64,000 nt of DNA from a virus. Taxonomy: Duplodnaviria; Caudoviricetes. Location of the stretch: positions 96,001 to 160,000 of IMG/VR virus record IMGVR_UViG_3300037067_012889, one strand, 5' to 3'. Below the pieces are notes generated by a model. The model was not told the DNA's origin. It searched no databases and saw only the letters and a program-made list of their open reading frames with translations. Made by a program: the position numbers and the translations under genes. Shown here one piece after another: positions 9,006 to 18,556 of this stretch; the stretch's first letter is position 1; every line of letters starts with the position of its first letter.

Positions 9006-9251
9006 ATGCCGAGTCATATTTCAGAGACCAGGGTTGTTTGCCCGTATTGCAAAGTGTCCGATTGCAGATCTGAGAGATTTGATGCAGTCCCTGGCGAAGA
9101 TCCGACCGACGATTTCGATGTGAAATGTGGTAATTGCGGCAAGACATTCTATGTCGAGAGACATATACAAATTATATATGTATCGACAAAGCGAAAAGGT
9201 AAAACAAGGAAGAGCGGCACTCTTTGGGCTTGTAGTACGGAGAATTTATAA
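9006..9251 (+). CDS. Zn-ribbon protein
   Basis: CPYC...CGNCGKTF. Confidence 0.65.
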   Translation: MPSHISETRVVCPYCKVSDCRSERFDAVPGEDPTDDFDVKCGNCGKTFYVERHIQIIYVSTKRKGKTRKSGTLWACSTENL

Positions 9252-9254
9252 TTC

Positions 9255-9455
9255 ATGATTACATTCTATCGTCGAATTCGAATTTGGTCACGCTTCTTAC
9301 GATTTTGGCATGCGCTATTACACTTTCACTGCATGATTGATATCGTTCACAAAGACGGCACAATCATCGCTTGCTCGTGCGGTAAGATGTGGGGCAAACC
9401 CGATATAATTCCAGCAGAAATAATGGTTTTACTTAATCATGGCAGGAAAAAGTAA
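9255..9455 (+). CDS. Hypothetical protein
   Basis: ORF in a packed run. Confidence 0.5.
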   Translation: MITFYRRIRIWSRFLRFWHALLHFHCMIDIVHKDGTIIACSCGKMWGKPDIIPAEIMVLLNHGRKK

Positions 9456-9666
9456 AGAATTGTGCGTTTTATGCAGCAACAACTACTATAACTATGCGGC
9501 GGCTAGCGGTTGTTGGTCCTTTGATAGCGCCAAAGTAGTTACAAGAACTCTTGTTGGCGTGTGGCAAAATCCGCCATATAAATGGAATCCGCAAGACACT
9601 TTATCATGTTGCACACCAGATGGTCAGCGATTCATTAGCAAGGACGATCCAAGGGTTATTGATTGA
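9439..9666 (+). CDS. Cys-rich hypothetical protein
   Basis: CxxCxNNYYN...GCWSF. Confidence 0.55.
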   Translation: MAGKSKELCVLCSNNYYNYAAASGCWSFDSAKVVTRTLVGVWQNPPYKWNPQDTLSCCTPDGQRFISKDDPRVID

Positions 9667-9692
9667 AGTGTCGAAAGTTAATAGGTGATTAT

Positions 9693-10364
9693 ATGTCATA
9701 TTCAGATTATGGTGGGTTGTGTTGGAAGTTCAAAGACGGCGAGGGACCAGAACGTTATGCCGCAGCCGAGGATGCTAGCCTTCATTCAGTAGGTCCAGGT
9801 GATGATAGGCCGTTGGAGAAAGCGACCGGCTTCAAATTCGACGCCTTATTAAAAGCAGATCCGGAATATATGACGCCGAAAGCAAAAGGTGAGAATGATT
9901 GGCTTACAATCCATGCTCATCATGTTGTAATCGGAACGCTTTCCGGCATCGGCCTTATCAATCACAAAGGCTCTGTATGGATCACTATCAATGGTGAAAC
10001 CATATTTGAATATTCATGGGATGACGAAACATTTGCAAGATTCGAGTTCGAGGGACATGAGTGGGCTGTCGAATTTAAAAAAGATCCGTATGTTTCTTAC
10101 AACTGGATTCGCTATCCAGATGGTACAAATTACTTGGCGGTCGGCGGTTATGGTGTTGGAGAGCACTGGTGGCTCGATGACGACAACAAAGTCGTAAATT
10201 CGATTGGAGATGGATATAGTGAGCAATATCCAACAATACAAGAGTGGTTTAACGAATTGATTTCCTGGTACGATAGTCTGAAAAAAGATACCAAGGATAT
10301 GCAATCGAAACCACAAGCCACTGGGGTGCAGAATGAGCAAGGAGACGAAAAAATGCCCGGATAG
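9693..10364 (+). CDS. Hypothetical protein (likely start MSYSDYGG)
   Basis: AGGTGA RBS before ATG 9693. Confidence 0.65.
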   Translation: MSYSDYGGLCWKFKDGEGPERYAAAEDASLHSVGPGDDRPLEKATGFKFDALLKADPEYMTPKAKGENDWLTIHAHHVVIGTLSGIGLINHKGSVWITINGETIFEYSWDDETFARFEFEGHEWAVEFKKDPYVSYNWIRYPDGTNYLAVGGYGVGEHWWLDDDNKVVNSIGDGYSEQYPTIQEWFNELISWYDSLKKDTKDMQSKPQATGVQNEQGDEKMPG

Positions 10365-10716
10365 ATATGTTCCGGACATAACATGCCAAACATGCAAACT
10401 GTGGGATAGAATTGATAAAGGCTGCCCTGTTGAACATCCGGGAGTAAATTTTTCTTGCTCGAAACATCAAAACTTCGCAGTCTTTACTGAAATGGCTATT
10501 AAAGCTATGGTGTTGAGCAATCAAGCTCGCACAGAAAGTGGACATTGTTACGGGTGCCAAACGACAATATGGAGTGATGAAGCATTTGTAAAGAAAGGCG
10601 AGAACCTTTACCACCTCACATGTCTTATTACCCAAAGAGCGCAAATGGCAGAATCAGAGGTTGAGAGATTAACTAGCGTTAACAAGACTTTAGGAAAGCT
10701 TATCAAGAGTAGATGA
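10333..10716 (+). CDS. Cys-rich hypothetical protein
   Basis: Several CxxC/HxxC motifs. Confidence 0.55.
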   Translation: MSKETKKCPDRYVPDITCQTCKLWDRIDKGCPVEHPGVNFSCSKHQNFAVFTEMAIKAMVLSNQARTESGHCYGCQTTIWSDEAFVKKGENLYHLTCLITQRAQMAESEVERLTSVNKTLGKLIKSR

Positions 10717-10991
10717 ATCCGGCTGACAGATTAGACGACTATCTTTTAGCCTATTACCTCAACCCACATTCCAAAAGGTGGAGCGTTGGCGTAGGGCAAG
10801 TCATATTAGGTGCATCTGAGCAGGATCGAGAACAATTTCGACAGCTACGATCTAAGGATATATCTGATTTTGTGGATAACGAGTTAGCTGCGGCCAAAGC
10901 TATGAGCGAATCAGATAGAAGACGTAATCAATTCAGATTGGAAAATAAAAGATTAGCTAGCCTCTTAATGGTGGGAAAAGATGAACGATGA
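10713..10991 (+). CDS. Hypothetical protein
   Basis: ATGA overlap. Confidence 0.55.
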   Translation: MNPADRLDDYLLAYYLNPHSKRWSVGVGQVILGASEQDREQFRQLRSKDISDFVDNELAAAKAMSESDRRRNQFRLENKRLASLLMVGKDER

Positions 10992-11161
10992 CTATATGAC
11001 AGAATGGTTTTATGTCGACGACTGGAGTGACTGGGGTGACGACCCATATCAAGATTGCAGAGCCAGCACCAGTTCGCGAACAAGATGTTCGCGTCATCTG
11101 TCTAGACTAGCTATAGTAACCTTGGATCCCATAGGGACTCCCAAACGTTAAAATATGTAGA

Positions 11162-11650
11162 CTAGACATCCAACCTTAACGACCAAGGCGTACGTCTTAT
11201 CGTTAGAATACCCCTATCGATCGCGTGTTGGAAGCGGCTATATAGCGCAGAGCACAACTCTTTAGCTTCCAATTCTGTACAATGGCAACCAAGATGCCAA
11301 CTTCCACAACCACCACCAGAATCTGTCAGATCCCAATTTGACATAAAGAGTCTGACTTCGGATGGCAATGCACCGAATCTTTCCACATATTTGTGACCAA
11401 AATCTTCCATTTCAGCAACAAGTGATGGTGAGACATCACATTCTGTCTGATACCCTATGGCATCAACCATCCAACATTTAACATGCTCAAAAGATCTAGG
11501 ATGTCCGAGGACGGCTTGTGCTTTGCGTTTCAAATTGACCTGCAACTCGTCAATTTTCGGATCTGGTTTAGCAGGCCCTTGTGTTGGCTGTATTGCATTT
11601 AATGCTTGGCGTGCATCTTCATATTCCTGCCAAATAGTTTCAAACGTCAT
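11162..11650 (-). CDS. Hypothetical protein (likely start MTFETIW)
   Basis: ORF with GGGAAG upstream of ATG 11650. Confidence 0.55.
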   Translation of the reverse strand: MTFETIWQEYEDARQALNAIQPTQGPAKPDPKIDELQVNLKRKAQAVLGHPRSFEHVKCWMVDAIGYQTECDVSPSLVAEMEDFGHKYVERFGALPSEVRLFMSNWDLTDSGGGCGSWHLGCHCTELEAKELCSALYSRFQHAIDRGILTIRRTPWSLRLDV

Positions 11651-11658
11651 GGTCTTCC

Positions 11659-12294
11659 CTAATCTATGACCATCGCTGCACGTTGATAACAAACATCAAG
11701 AGTCCCAAATGAAACATTACGGCAAAGAAAGTTGATCGCTACCGAAATTTGTTCGGCATCATCTGACTTTTGAGCCATCTCACTTTTTAACTCGCCCTTC
11801 GCAAAGTGGTATCCAGCGAGATACCAAATTTCCCAGAATCGACCGTCGTGTCCTCGCCGTGATCGAAGGCATTCAAAGCCATAAGATTGAAGTTTTCTAG
11901 CCTCGTATTCATATGGCGTATTGTTGTAGCCGCAGAGGTATTTCACTATGAAAGCTGGACTGCTATATTTTGGATCTGGCTCTTCCGGCAGCGGCGGTAT
12001 AGGATTAGAAAGAAACGGAGCTTCTTTAGTCCAATCGATTAATGGTATCCATTTAGGCGGTTGATATGGATCTTCAACCGGATCAGGCATTTTAACAAAA
12101 CGTTCTCGCCTCTCTAGGCGACCATCTTCTGAAACTCTTATCCAGCAAGACCCAAGAGTAAACGCCTCCATTGATTCCATTTCTTCGGCAGTCAATTCAC
12201 CGATTGTAACCTCACCCTGATTGCACTTGCGATGAGATATACCGGCTACTCTGATCTTTTTTAATTTCGGTTCTTCCATAGGATTTCTAGTCAA
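11659..12294 (-). CDS. Hypothetical protein
   Basis: 211-aa ORF in a packed run. Confidence 0.6.
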   Translation of the reverse strand: MTRNPMEEPKLKKIRVAGISHRKCNQGEVTIGELTAEEMESMEAFTLGSCWIRVSEDGRLERRERFVKMPDPVEDPYQPPKWIPLIDWTKEAPFLSNPIPPLPEEPDPKYSSPAFIVKYLCGYNNTPYEYEARKLQSYGFECLRSRRGHDGRFWEIWYLAGYHFAKGELKSEMAQKSDDAEQISVAINFLCRNVSFGTLDVCYQRAAMVID

Positions 12295-12505
12295 TTAGTT
12301 CGAGGACTTTTTTAATTTGTATAGTCTTTAAATTCTTTCCCATCATAACAAGGCTATGTAATGCATTGACGTCAGTGGTGTGGTTTGCCTTTCTAGCAAA
12401 GAAGATCATAACAGCACTATCAGCAGATGTCACCTCAATCGATTTGTCATAAACTAAGTACTTAATATCATCTCGAATGATAATAGCAGCTGCGGCCATG
12501 TTCAC
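12287..12505 (-). CDS. Hypothetical protein
   Basis: ORF in a packed run. Confidence 0.5.
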   Translation of the reverse strand: MNMAAAAIIIRDDIKYLVYDKSIEVTSADSAVMIFFARKANHTTDVNALHSLVMMGKNLKTIQIKKVLELID

Positions 12506-13035
12506 GCTCCAATGTCACTCGTAGTATATGTGTCGATCATGAATTTGATTGCTTTATAACAGTCTAAGCATAATATCTCTTTCCAATGCTCTTCTGGGAC
12601 ATATTTTCTCCAATCGGATGTTGGTACCATGAAGAGATTTGGCCATAACTTACCACAGCGACAACAGATATTAGGGTAAACAATATATGGTATCAAGCCT
12701 TTTTCATCGAGTATCTTATCCCATTGCTCTTGTTGTGCAACAGTAAGCCCGTTAGAATAAGCCCATGTTCCTTCACTACAGTCAATGTTAAGAAGTTTAT
12801 AACAGCATCTACACGAAATCAACTGCCTGCCACAGAACGGGCAACGCTCTACATCACATCCATGCCTGTGAAATTGTCCCTCGTATACACCACAATCATG
12901 ACAAATATGTCTATCGACCTTGGGTGGATCAATCTTTATAGATTCGGCGATAGCAGCCGCTGTAGGCTCTCTTTCTTTCTCTACTATAGCCTGTATCTTA
13001 GCTCGATCAGACGCCGTCAACTCTAGCTCGTACAT
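12502..13035 (-). CDS. Multi-Zn-finger phage protein (likely start MYELELT)
   Basis: CHDCGV..GQFH..GCDVERCPFCG.QLISCRC plus CCRCG and CLDC. Confidence 0.7.
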   Translation of the reverse strand: MYELELTASDRAKIQAIVEKEREPTAAAIAESIKIDPPKVDRHICHDCGVYEGQFHRHGCDVERCPFCGRQLISCRCCYKLLNIDCSEGTWAYSNGLTVAQQEQWDKILDEKGLIPYIVYPNICCRCGKLWPNLFMVPTSDWRKYVPEEHWKEILCLDCYKAIKFMIDTYTTSDIGA

Positions 13036-13489
13036 TTTGTAGTTTCCAAGAATGGTCACAATCTGACCATCGATATAAGACAGTTTCGCTGCCATCAAGG
13101 TTAAATCTGATAATGCAAGGGTTTATACCGCATGGAACAGATTCTAGGACATCAAGAAGACGTGGAGTTGGGCCATCGAACATACCAAATGAGCCTGGCT
13201 CTTCTTCATACCCAGCACCATAAACGACTTCGTTTCTCTTTTCTATTTCTGGCGGGCCATATGCCGATGGAGTATAGCTCTCAGGCGGCGTATTGTTTTC
13301 GTCCGTTATAACATCTATTGGGACAATCGCTACTGTTGGGCTTTCTATAAATCCGACAACGGCGGTGCGGAATCTATCTAATCGTTCTTTAGCTATGTTT
13401 TCTGTAGAATAAACTACTGGACTATAAATCTTGCGCTGAGTACCTGTTGAGTCATTACCAATAGCTCGTAATTGAAAGACTCGTCCCAT
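13007..13489 (-). CDS. Hypothetical protein
   Basis: ORF in a packed run. Confidence 0.55.
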   Translation of the reverse strand: MGRVFQLRAIGNDSTGTQRKIYSPVVYSTENIAKERLDRFRTAVVGFIESPTVAIVPIDVITDENNTPPESYTPSAYGPPEIEKRNEVVYGAGYEEEPGSFGMFDGPTPRLLDVLESVPCGINPCIIRFNLDGSETVLYRWSDCDHSWKLQNVRARVDGV

Positions 13490-13495
13490 ATCAGT

Positions 13496-13921
13496 TTACT
13501 CGTTAGCAACGGTTGTGGTCGTGTTTTGGTCTATAGAAACATTCTTCATCGGTTGTTTCGGTTTATCTAATTCTTGCTCCAACTCAGTGAGAACTTTTTC
13601 CGTTTCTATACTTTCTTCTCGAAATTCTGGTTCATCGTCTGGCACTATTTCTACGAAATAGAAATTTGCCCAGTTAATGTTGAGATCGATCTTAACACCG
13701 ATGCCACTCATAGATGGTAGAATCTCGTACACCCTATGCCAAAATAAATATTTCGGTAACCTCTTGTGAAGGTTCTTTTTCTTCATCATGTCATCATAAA
13801 GTCTGATGATCTCTTCAGTATGCTCCTCTGGCACTCTCCAACGTTTTGGGTCCCGTTTCTTCTTAGAAGCTTTTGGAGCTTCTACTTTCTTCCTAAATAG
13901 TTTCGTGATTATACTAAACAT
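13496..13921 (-). CDS. Hypothetical protein
   Basis: ORF in a packed run. Confidence 0.55.
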   Translation of the reverse strand: MFSIITKLFRKKVEAPKASKKKRDPKRWRVPEEHTEEIIRLYDDMMKKKNLHKRLPKYLFWHRVYEILPSMSGIGVKIDLNINWANFYFVEIVPDDEPEFREESIETEKVLTELEQELDKPKQPMKNVSIDQNTTTTVANE

Positions 13922-13924
13922 AGT

Positions 13925-14734
13925 TCAATATCCTGATAAGTTTTCTCTACCAAGAACAGGACCAGTCGTTGATCGTATAAATTTCGGGACGTGTTGTCTT
14001 ACAATTGGATTAGCTTTAAAGCTACCAACAAAAGCAGTGCCTTGGCATCTACCTGTCAACTGTATTGTCCTCGCTCGCTCAGTCTCTACATCTGCGAAAG
14101 CATTTCGAAGCATTTCTTCTGTGAGAGTATGCAAATGATAAGTGTCGACCGGGGTATTCAGCCATTCGAAAATACGAATTCTTCTTCCTATTTTCTTTGC
14201 ATTCTCTAATATTTTAACTGGATCTTCTACGTGCTGTAGGCAATTATAGATCCAAACCTCGTCGGCCATAGGCAAGTCGCCGACATCTTCACCACCTTTG
14301 TTGATAAATCCAATACCATATGTCTTGTATCGTCTAAATACTGACGGTGGCCAAGGTACAGGATCTACCGCAATAAGCTTGCCAGTGTTGTAACATCGCA
14401 ACAGCAACGACCATGGGCCAGATCCGATATCGATAACCGATGCACCATCGAGATCGATATCGCAGTTTTCATCACCATACTCATCAAAAATACCCATCTC
14501 ATAGGCATACGTCGTCTGCTTGACGATTTCACCTAGGGCATTCATGTCGTAGCAATTACCCCAAAACTCTGCTTCCGCTGCACGTCGTTTAGCTATATCG
14601 GCTTCACTTGCCATTTTCTTTTGTTCTGCCTCTAGACATATGTTACAAATCCATTTGCTTTTTGGATCAGTTTTATCTCGTGATAACTCTTTGGCGTACT
14701 TGCCACATTCTTCACAATGTCCTATTGTAGTCAT
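13925..14734 (-). CDS. Class I SAM-dependent methyltransferase with an N-terminal Zn finger
   Basis: VIDIGSGP motif I, AVDP, YNCLQHVEDP; CEECG...CNIC. Confidence 0.8.
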   Translation of the reverse strand: MTTIGHCEECGKYAKELSRDKTDPKSKWICNICLEAEQKKMASEADIAKRRAAEAEFWGNCYDMNALGEIVKQTTYAYEMGIFDEYGDENCDIDLDGASVIDIGSGPWSLLLRCYNTGKLIAVDPVPWPPSVFRRYKTYGIGFINKGGEDVGDLPMADEVWIYNCLQHVEDPVKILENAKKIGRRIRIFEWLNTPVDTYHLHTLTEEMLRNAFADVETERARTIQLTGRCQGTAFVGSFKANPIVRQHVPKFIRSTTGPVLGRENLSGY

Positions 14735-15063
14735 TCTGGTTTCTTGTGCTCTTGTGGTACATGTTCCCGAATTGCCTTAAGTTCTGGCACAAACGCTTTG
14801 TCTTCTGGACCCCATTCCCACTCGGTTTCTATTTCGGGAAGCTCCATAGAACGAAATATGCCATTCAACAGGCCAACGACACTGACGCGATTTCCTGACA
14901 TTGTCTTAAAAGCGCCAACTTCAATAGTTGGGTGATTTGCGAGACAGGCGTTGCAAGGAATGCGTACGCTTAGTAATGTGCTCATCGCTACAGGATCGTC
15001 TTCGACAGCTAGCCGTAGGCAATCAAGAGCCTTCTGGTATTTTTCTCGATATATGTCGTCCAT
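14731..15063 (-). CDS. Conserved phage hypothetical protein
   Basis: DP.AM..L...RIPCN..LA.HPTI.V...VGLLNG. Confidence 0.65.
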   Translation of the reverse strand: MDDIYREKYQKALDCLRLAVEDDPVAMSTLLSVRIPCNACLANHPTIEVGAFKTMSGNRVSVVGLLNGIFRSMELPEIETEWEWGPEDKAFVPELKAIREHVPQEHKKPE

Positions 15064-15254
15064 TATCTATCGACCTTCTTTGGTGGCCCGATCATGTGAA
15101 ATGATTCTATTTTAACAAGCAAGTTATCAAAAGCTTGATCTCTTGCTTTTTCTGTTAAATACCAATGGAAATTTGTATCTGAATGCTGTATTCCGAAAGG
15201 CTTCTTCTTCACCGATTTTTTACGATGCCGTGGAACATCATCTTCTTCACACAT
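15063..15254 (-). CDS. Hypothetical protein
   Basis: WY.TEKARDQA motif, packed run. Confidence 0.55.
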   Translation of the reverse strand: MCEEDDVPRHRKKSVKKKPFGIQHSDTNFHWYLTEKARDQAFDNLLVKIESFHMIGPPKKVDR

Positions 15255-15756
15255 GACATATCCTTTTTAGAAACGCTGTCGTTCCGATTATATCGTCTAT
15301 ACCATAATCGTCAGACTTACAAAAGTCTTCTACAGCACGTACAACTGCTCTGGCTATTGTGCGCCTAAGCGTCCCCTTGGCAAAATCGTGCACAGCAAAC
15401 AACCCATTGGGCTTTATTAGCGTCGAACTTACTTCGAGATCGCGATGACATGAATTATATGAATGATCCCCATCAACAATAATTGCGTCGAATTTTGTAG
15501 ACACACCCAATTCGATTAAATCATCTACAGTGCCAGTGAGCAATCTCATGTTCGGTTTTCGATTCTCATACCATTTAAGCCCCGCACGTCTCCATAGTAA
15601 CGGATCAACACTATAGAAAGTGACGCCCGGCCGTGCCATGGCCCATAACGAAACAGTAACACCGTGAAATGTACCGATTTCTAAGACCTTACCAGTATTA
15701 GGTAATCTTTCTAGAATAGCTTCATATTCTTCGACAAGCATTAATGACTTACTCAT
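15247..15756 (-). CDS. Class I SAM-dependent methyltransferase (Methyltransf_24-like)
   Basis: VLEIGTFHG, YSVDP, FDAIIVDGDHSY, KPNGLFAVHDF. Confidence 0.85.
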   Translation of the reverse strand: MSKSLMLVEEYEAILERLPNTGKVLEIGTFHGVTVSLWAMARPGVTFYSVDPLLWRRAGLKWYENRKPNMRLLTGTVDDLIELGVSTKFDAIIVDGDHSYNSCHRDLEVSSTLIKPNGLFAVHDFAKGTLRRTIARAVVRAVEDFCKSDDYGIDDIIGTTAFLKRICHV

Positions 15757-15757
15757 C

Positions 15758-15934
15758 TTAATCCTTTATATGCCGAAACCTACTATATTTCGGAGCACTT
15801 GTAACTGCACGTTGATACGTACTTTTCGGTTTTGCGGAACTACTACGCATATCGGCTATATGCTTCTTTTTTATTTTCTTCTTTAAAGCTGCGATTTCTT
15901 CTAGGCTTGGCAAATATTTTGGCTCTTCTTTCAT
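15758..15934 (-). CDS. 58-aa basic protein absent from the ORF track (MKEEPKYLPSLEEIAALKKK...)
   Basis: Translated by hand; GGAGA RBS; stop abuts the next ATG. Confidence 0.55.
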   Translation of the reverse strand: MKEEPKYLPSLEEIAALKKKIKKKHIADMRSSSAKPKSTYQRAVTSAPKYSRFRHIKD

Positions 15935-15998
15935 GTTGTCTCCAAATCACGGTTTATATACTCAAATAATATTGCTACAAGTATGTCAATAGTATCTA

Positions 15999-16778
15999 AT
16001 GAAAAATGACAATTTAATCGAGTGCTCAATGTACAAATTGATAAATGCTAATTGCTTAGATTATTTGAAGTCATACCCAGATTTACAGTGGGATACGATT
16101 ATGGCCGATCCTCCGGACGGGATAGACCTAAAATATGACACATATTCAGATAAGATTACAAGCGATGATTATATGTCGATGATGCGCAAATGGTTAAGCA
16201 TTTTTGTCATGCGTGCTAAAACAGTATGGGTATCATATAATGCGATATGGACGTTCGAAATAGGCAAAATCGTAACTGATTTGGTTGGCTTAAGAGCGGG
16301 AGTGCTAGAAGCCAAACCGTGCGTACAAGCATTCACATTTGGCCAGCACAATCAAAATGATTTGGGCAACAACTTCAGACCATTGTTACGACTACGTTGG
16401 CATGATGCTCCGCTACGACCAGATAATATAAGAATTCCGTCGTGGCGTCTATTAAATGGAGACAAACGTGCCGATCCGCGTGGTAGAGTTCCTGGTGACG
16501 TGTTCCATTTTCCGCGTGTCACTGGCAATTCAAAACAGAGACGTAGATGGTGCCCCACACAACTCAATGAGGGTCTTGTTGAGCGATGTCTTAAGATGAC
16601 AACACCGGATGGGGGAACGGTTCTTGATCCGTTTTGTGGCACTGGAACTACATTAAGAGTATGTAAGGTTCTCGGATATTCATGCACGCTCATAGACGTA
16701 GAAACTTTGTATTGCGACGAAATCGCAAAAGAACATAATATAAAAATCGAATATCTGCATGAATCAGAAACCAAATAA
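15999..16778 (+). CDS. Beta-class N6A/N4C DNA methyltransferase with a variant DPPD motif IV
   Basis: MADPPD in the N-terminal half, VLDPFCGTGTT SAM motif in the C-terminal half. Confidence 0.8.
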   Translation: MKNDNLIECSMYKLINANCLDYLKSYPDLQWDTIMADPPDGIDLKYDTYSDKITSDDYMSMMRKWLSIFVMRAKTVWVSYNAIWTFEIGKIVTDLVGLRAGVLEAKPCVQAFTFGQHNQNDLGNNFRPLLRLRWHDAPLRPDNIRIPSWRLLNGDKRADPRGRVPGDVFHFPRVTGNSKQRRRWCPTQLNEGLVERCLKMTTPDGGTVLDPFCGTGTTLRVCKVLGYSCTLIDVETLYCDEIAKEHNIKIEYLHESETK

Positions 16779-17139
16779 ATGCCCGTATTGCGGGCAGGAT
16801 GTAGTTTGTAAGGATTCTTCCATCATCTATGGTAGATCTTATGGTATGGTGTGGATATGCTCTGGATGGCCGAAATGTGATGCGTATGTTGGTTGTAAAA
16901 AAGGCACGAGCCAACCACTAGGTAGACTGGCAAATCCGGAACTTAGATATTGGAAGAAGCATGCGCACGACACATTTGATAAGCTCTGGAATCACGGAAA
17001 GATGACACGATCAGACGCCTATACTTGGCTATCCAGAGAATTATCAATTCCACCAGCAAAATGCCATATCGGGATGTTCGATGTAGACCAGTGTAAAGCT
17101 GTTTGTAACGCTATAACCGAATTCAACAAACAATTTTGA
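16759..17139 (+). CDS. DUF3268-like zinc-finger protein
   Basis: CPYCG...IYGR...WIC...CDAYVGC..GT..PLG.LAN..LR...AH..FD.LW...HIGMFD. Confidence 0.85.
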   Translation: MNQKPNKCPYCGQDVVCKDSSIIYGRSYGMVWICSGWPKCDAYVGCKKGTSQPLGRLANPELRYWKKHAHDTFDKLWNHGKMTRSDAYTWLSRELSIPPAKCHIGMFDVDQCKAVCNAITEFNKQF

Positions 17140-17402
17140 GTAGAAAAATGAGTCGAGGAGATTTGGGACCCACCGAACCACATCCAGCAGCACGCGCAGC
17201 ACAAGAATATCTTGCGGCCATGGCGGGCCGAGGAGAGTTGTCTGTGTGGGTCGAATCATTTGCATCGTGTGCTATTGAAGGTAACCGTCTCGCCGAGGTA
17301 TGTAGTGAAACTCTTGACAGACTTTTACATGGCCAGCCGGTGAGTGATCGTTACATTCTCGGGTTAGCATTCACAATCATCAATAGCAAGACATCTGAGT
17401 GA
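17136..17402 (+). CDS. Hypothetical protein
   Basis: ORF in a packed run. Confidence 0.55.
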   Translation: MSRKMSRGDLGPTEPHPAARAAQEYLAAMAGRGELSVWVESFASCAIEGNRLAEVCSETLDRLLHGQPVSDRYILGLAFTIINSKTSE

Positions 17403-17725
17403 TTATGTCTTTAATAGCTAGCATTAGTATCTCAGGGGCTCCAGAACACTATCTTTCGGTAAGTGATGTCCTGTATACTCTTGAAATCGCCCTATTCCTT
17501 TGTAGCACATATTTGTTCTTTAGGATTTTTAAGATATCAAGGTTTAGGATCAATTTAATAGGTGAAGACTACATAGCATATTTAAATCTACCGAGCTTTG
17601 AGAACATGTTATTACATTTCTGGATTTGGCCGCTATCCAGGTTTATAACAAGACGTAAAAAATCGGACGAAGAAGAATTGGAAGCCTTGGTAAAAACATA
17701 TAAATCCTGGCAAAATACCAATTAA
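17399..17725 (+). CDS. Membrane-associated hypothetical protein
   Basis: One TM; LPSF..ML..FW.WPL motif. Confidence 0.55.
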   Translation: MIMSLIASISISGAPEHYLSVSDVLYTLEIALFLCSTYLFFRIFKISRFRINLIGEDYIAYLNLPSFENMLLHFWIWPLSRFITRRKKSDEEELEALVKTYKSWQNTN

Positions 17726-17767
17726 AACTTCATCTCAATCGTGCCATAACAATAAAGGATTCAGGCT

Positions 17768-18556
17768 ATGCAGAGATCTATACTTAAAGATTCGTTGTGG
17801 CTCGTAACTTCCGGTGGCACAAAAGTGCCTATCGATACCGTCCGCGACATCACCAATATGAGCAAAGGCACATTCGGTTGTAAGATTATGACCGAAGCTC
17901 TAAAACGTGGCAATAGGGTCCATGGGTTGATAGCAACCGGTAGTAAGTCGCCCTTCGATTTCTGTATGAACTTCTGGCGACAAGAAGATGCAGAAATAGC
18001 GGCCATGATTGAAATGGGGGAAATGGCTAAATTCGCTCTCGAATATAGAAGATGCTATGTAGAGAACGAATACCGCAACTTCAATGACTATGAAAAGTCA
18101 TTAGCACAGATTATGGAGACTCGTGTTCCAGATGTAGTGATCTTGGCCGCAGCCGTCAGCGATTATGGAGTGAAGCCGATGGCTGGCAAGATTAGATCTG
18201 GTAGCGACATGACAATCGAGCTTAGGCCATTGCCAAAATTGATTTCACGTATCAAGGCTGCTCATCCGAATTGTTATCTTGTTGGATTCAAACTTCTTGT
18301 CAATTCTACCGACGAGGAGTTGGAAGCCGCAGTTCGACATAGTATAGAAACAAACCTTTGCGATCTTGTAGTCGGAAACGATCTTCGTGATATCAAAGCT
18401 GGTAAACATCGGCTGTTGCTTGGTAAAACGGATGGTAAATCGATAACGATTACATCACATTGTGCTGATCCGAAAGATCCGAGCTATTTGGCCGAAGTAG
18501 TCGTTGACACTATCACGGAGCAACAGCGGTGGCCCCTAAATACAACATCTTATTAG
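17768..18556 (+). CDS. coaB: Phosphopantothenate-cysteine ligase (monofunctional CoaB)
   Basis: VTSGGT.VPID.VR.ITNMSKGTFG, LAAAVSDY, GKIRSG, LVGFKL, VVGND. Confidence 0.85.
   Translation: MQRSILKDSLWLVTSGGTKVPIDTVRDITNMSKGTFGCKIMTEALKRGNRVHGLIATGSKSPFDFCMNFWRQEDAEIAAMIEMGEMAKFALEYRRCYVENEYRNFNDYEKSLAQIMETRVPDVVILAAAVSDYGVKPMAGKIRSGSDMTIELRPLPKLISRIKAAHPNCYLVGFKLLVNSTDEELEAAVRHSIETNLCDLVVGNDLRDIKAGKHRLLLGKTDGKSITITSHCADPKDPSYLAEVVVDTITEQQRWPLNTTSY

Noticed and set aside
10981-11151. 56-aa acidic ORF (MNDDYMTEWFYVDDWSDW...) and an 8-bp hairpin at about 11075-11093
   Set aside because: Plausible but unsupported: no recognisable motif, and the hairpin has a 3-nt loop and no U-tract.
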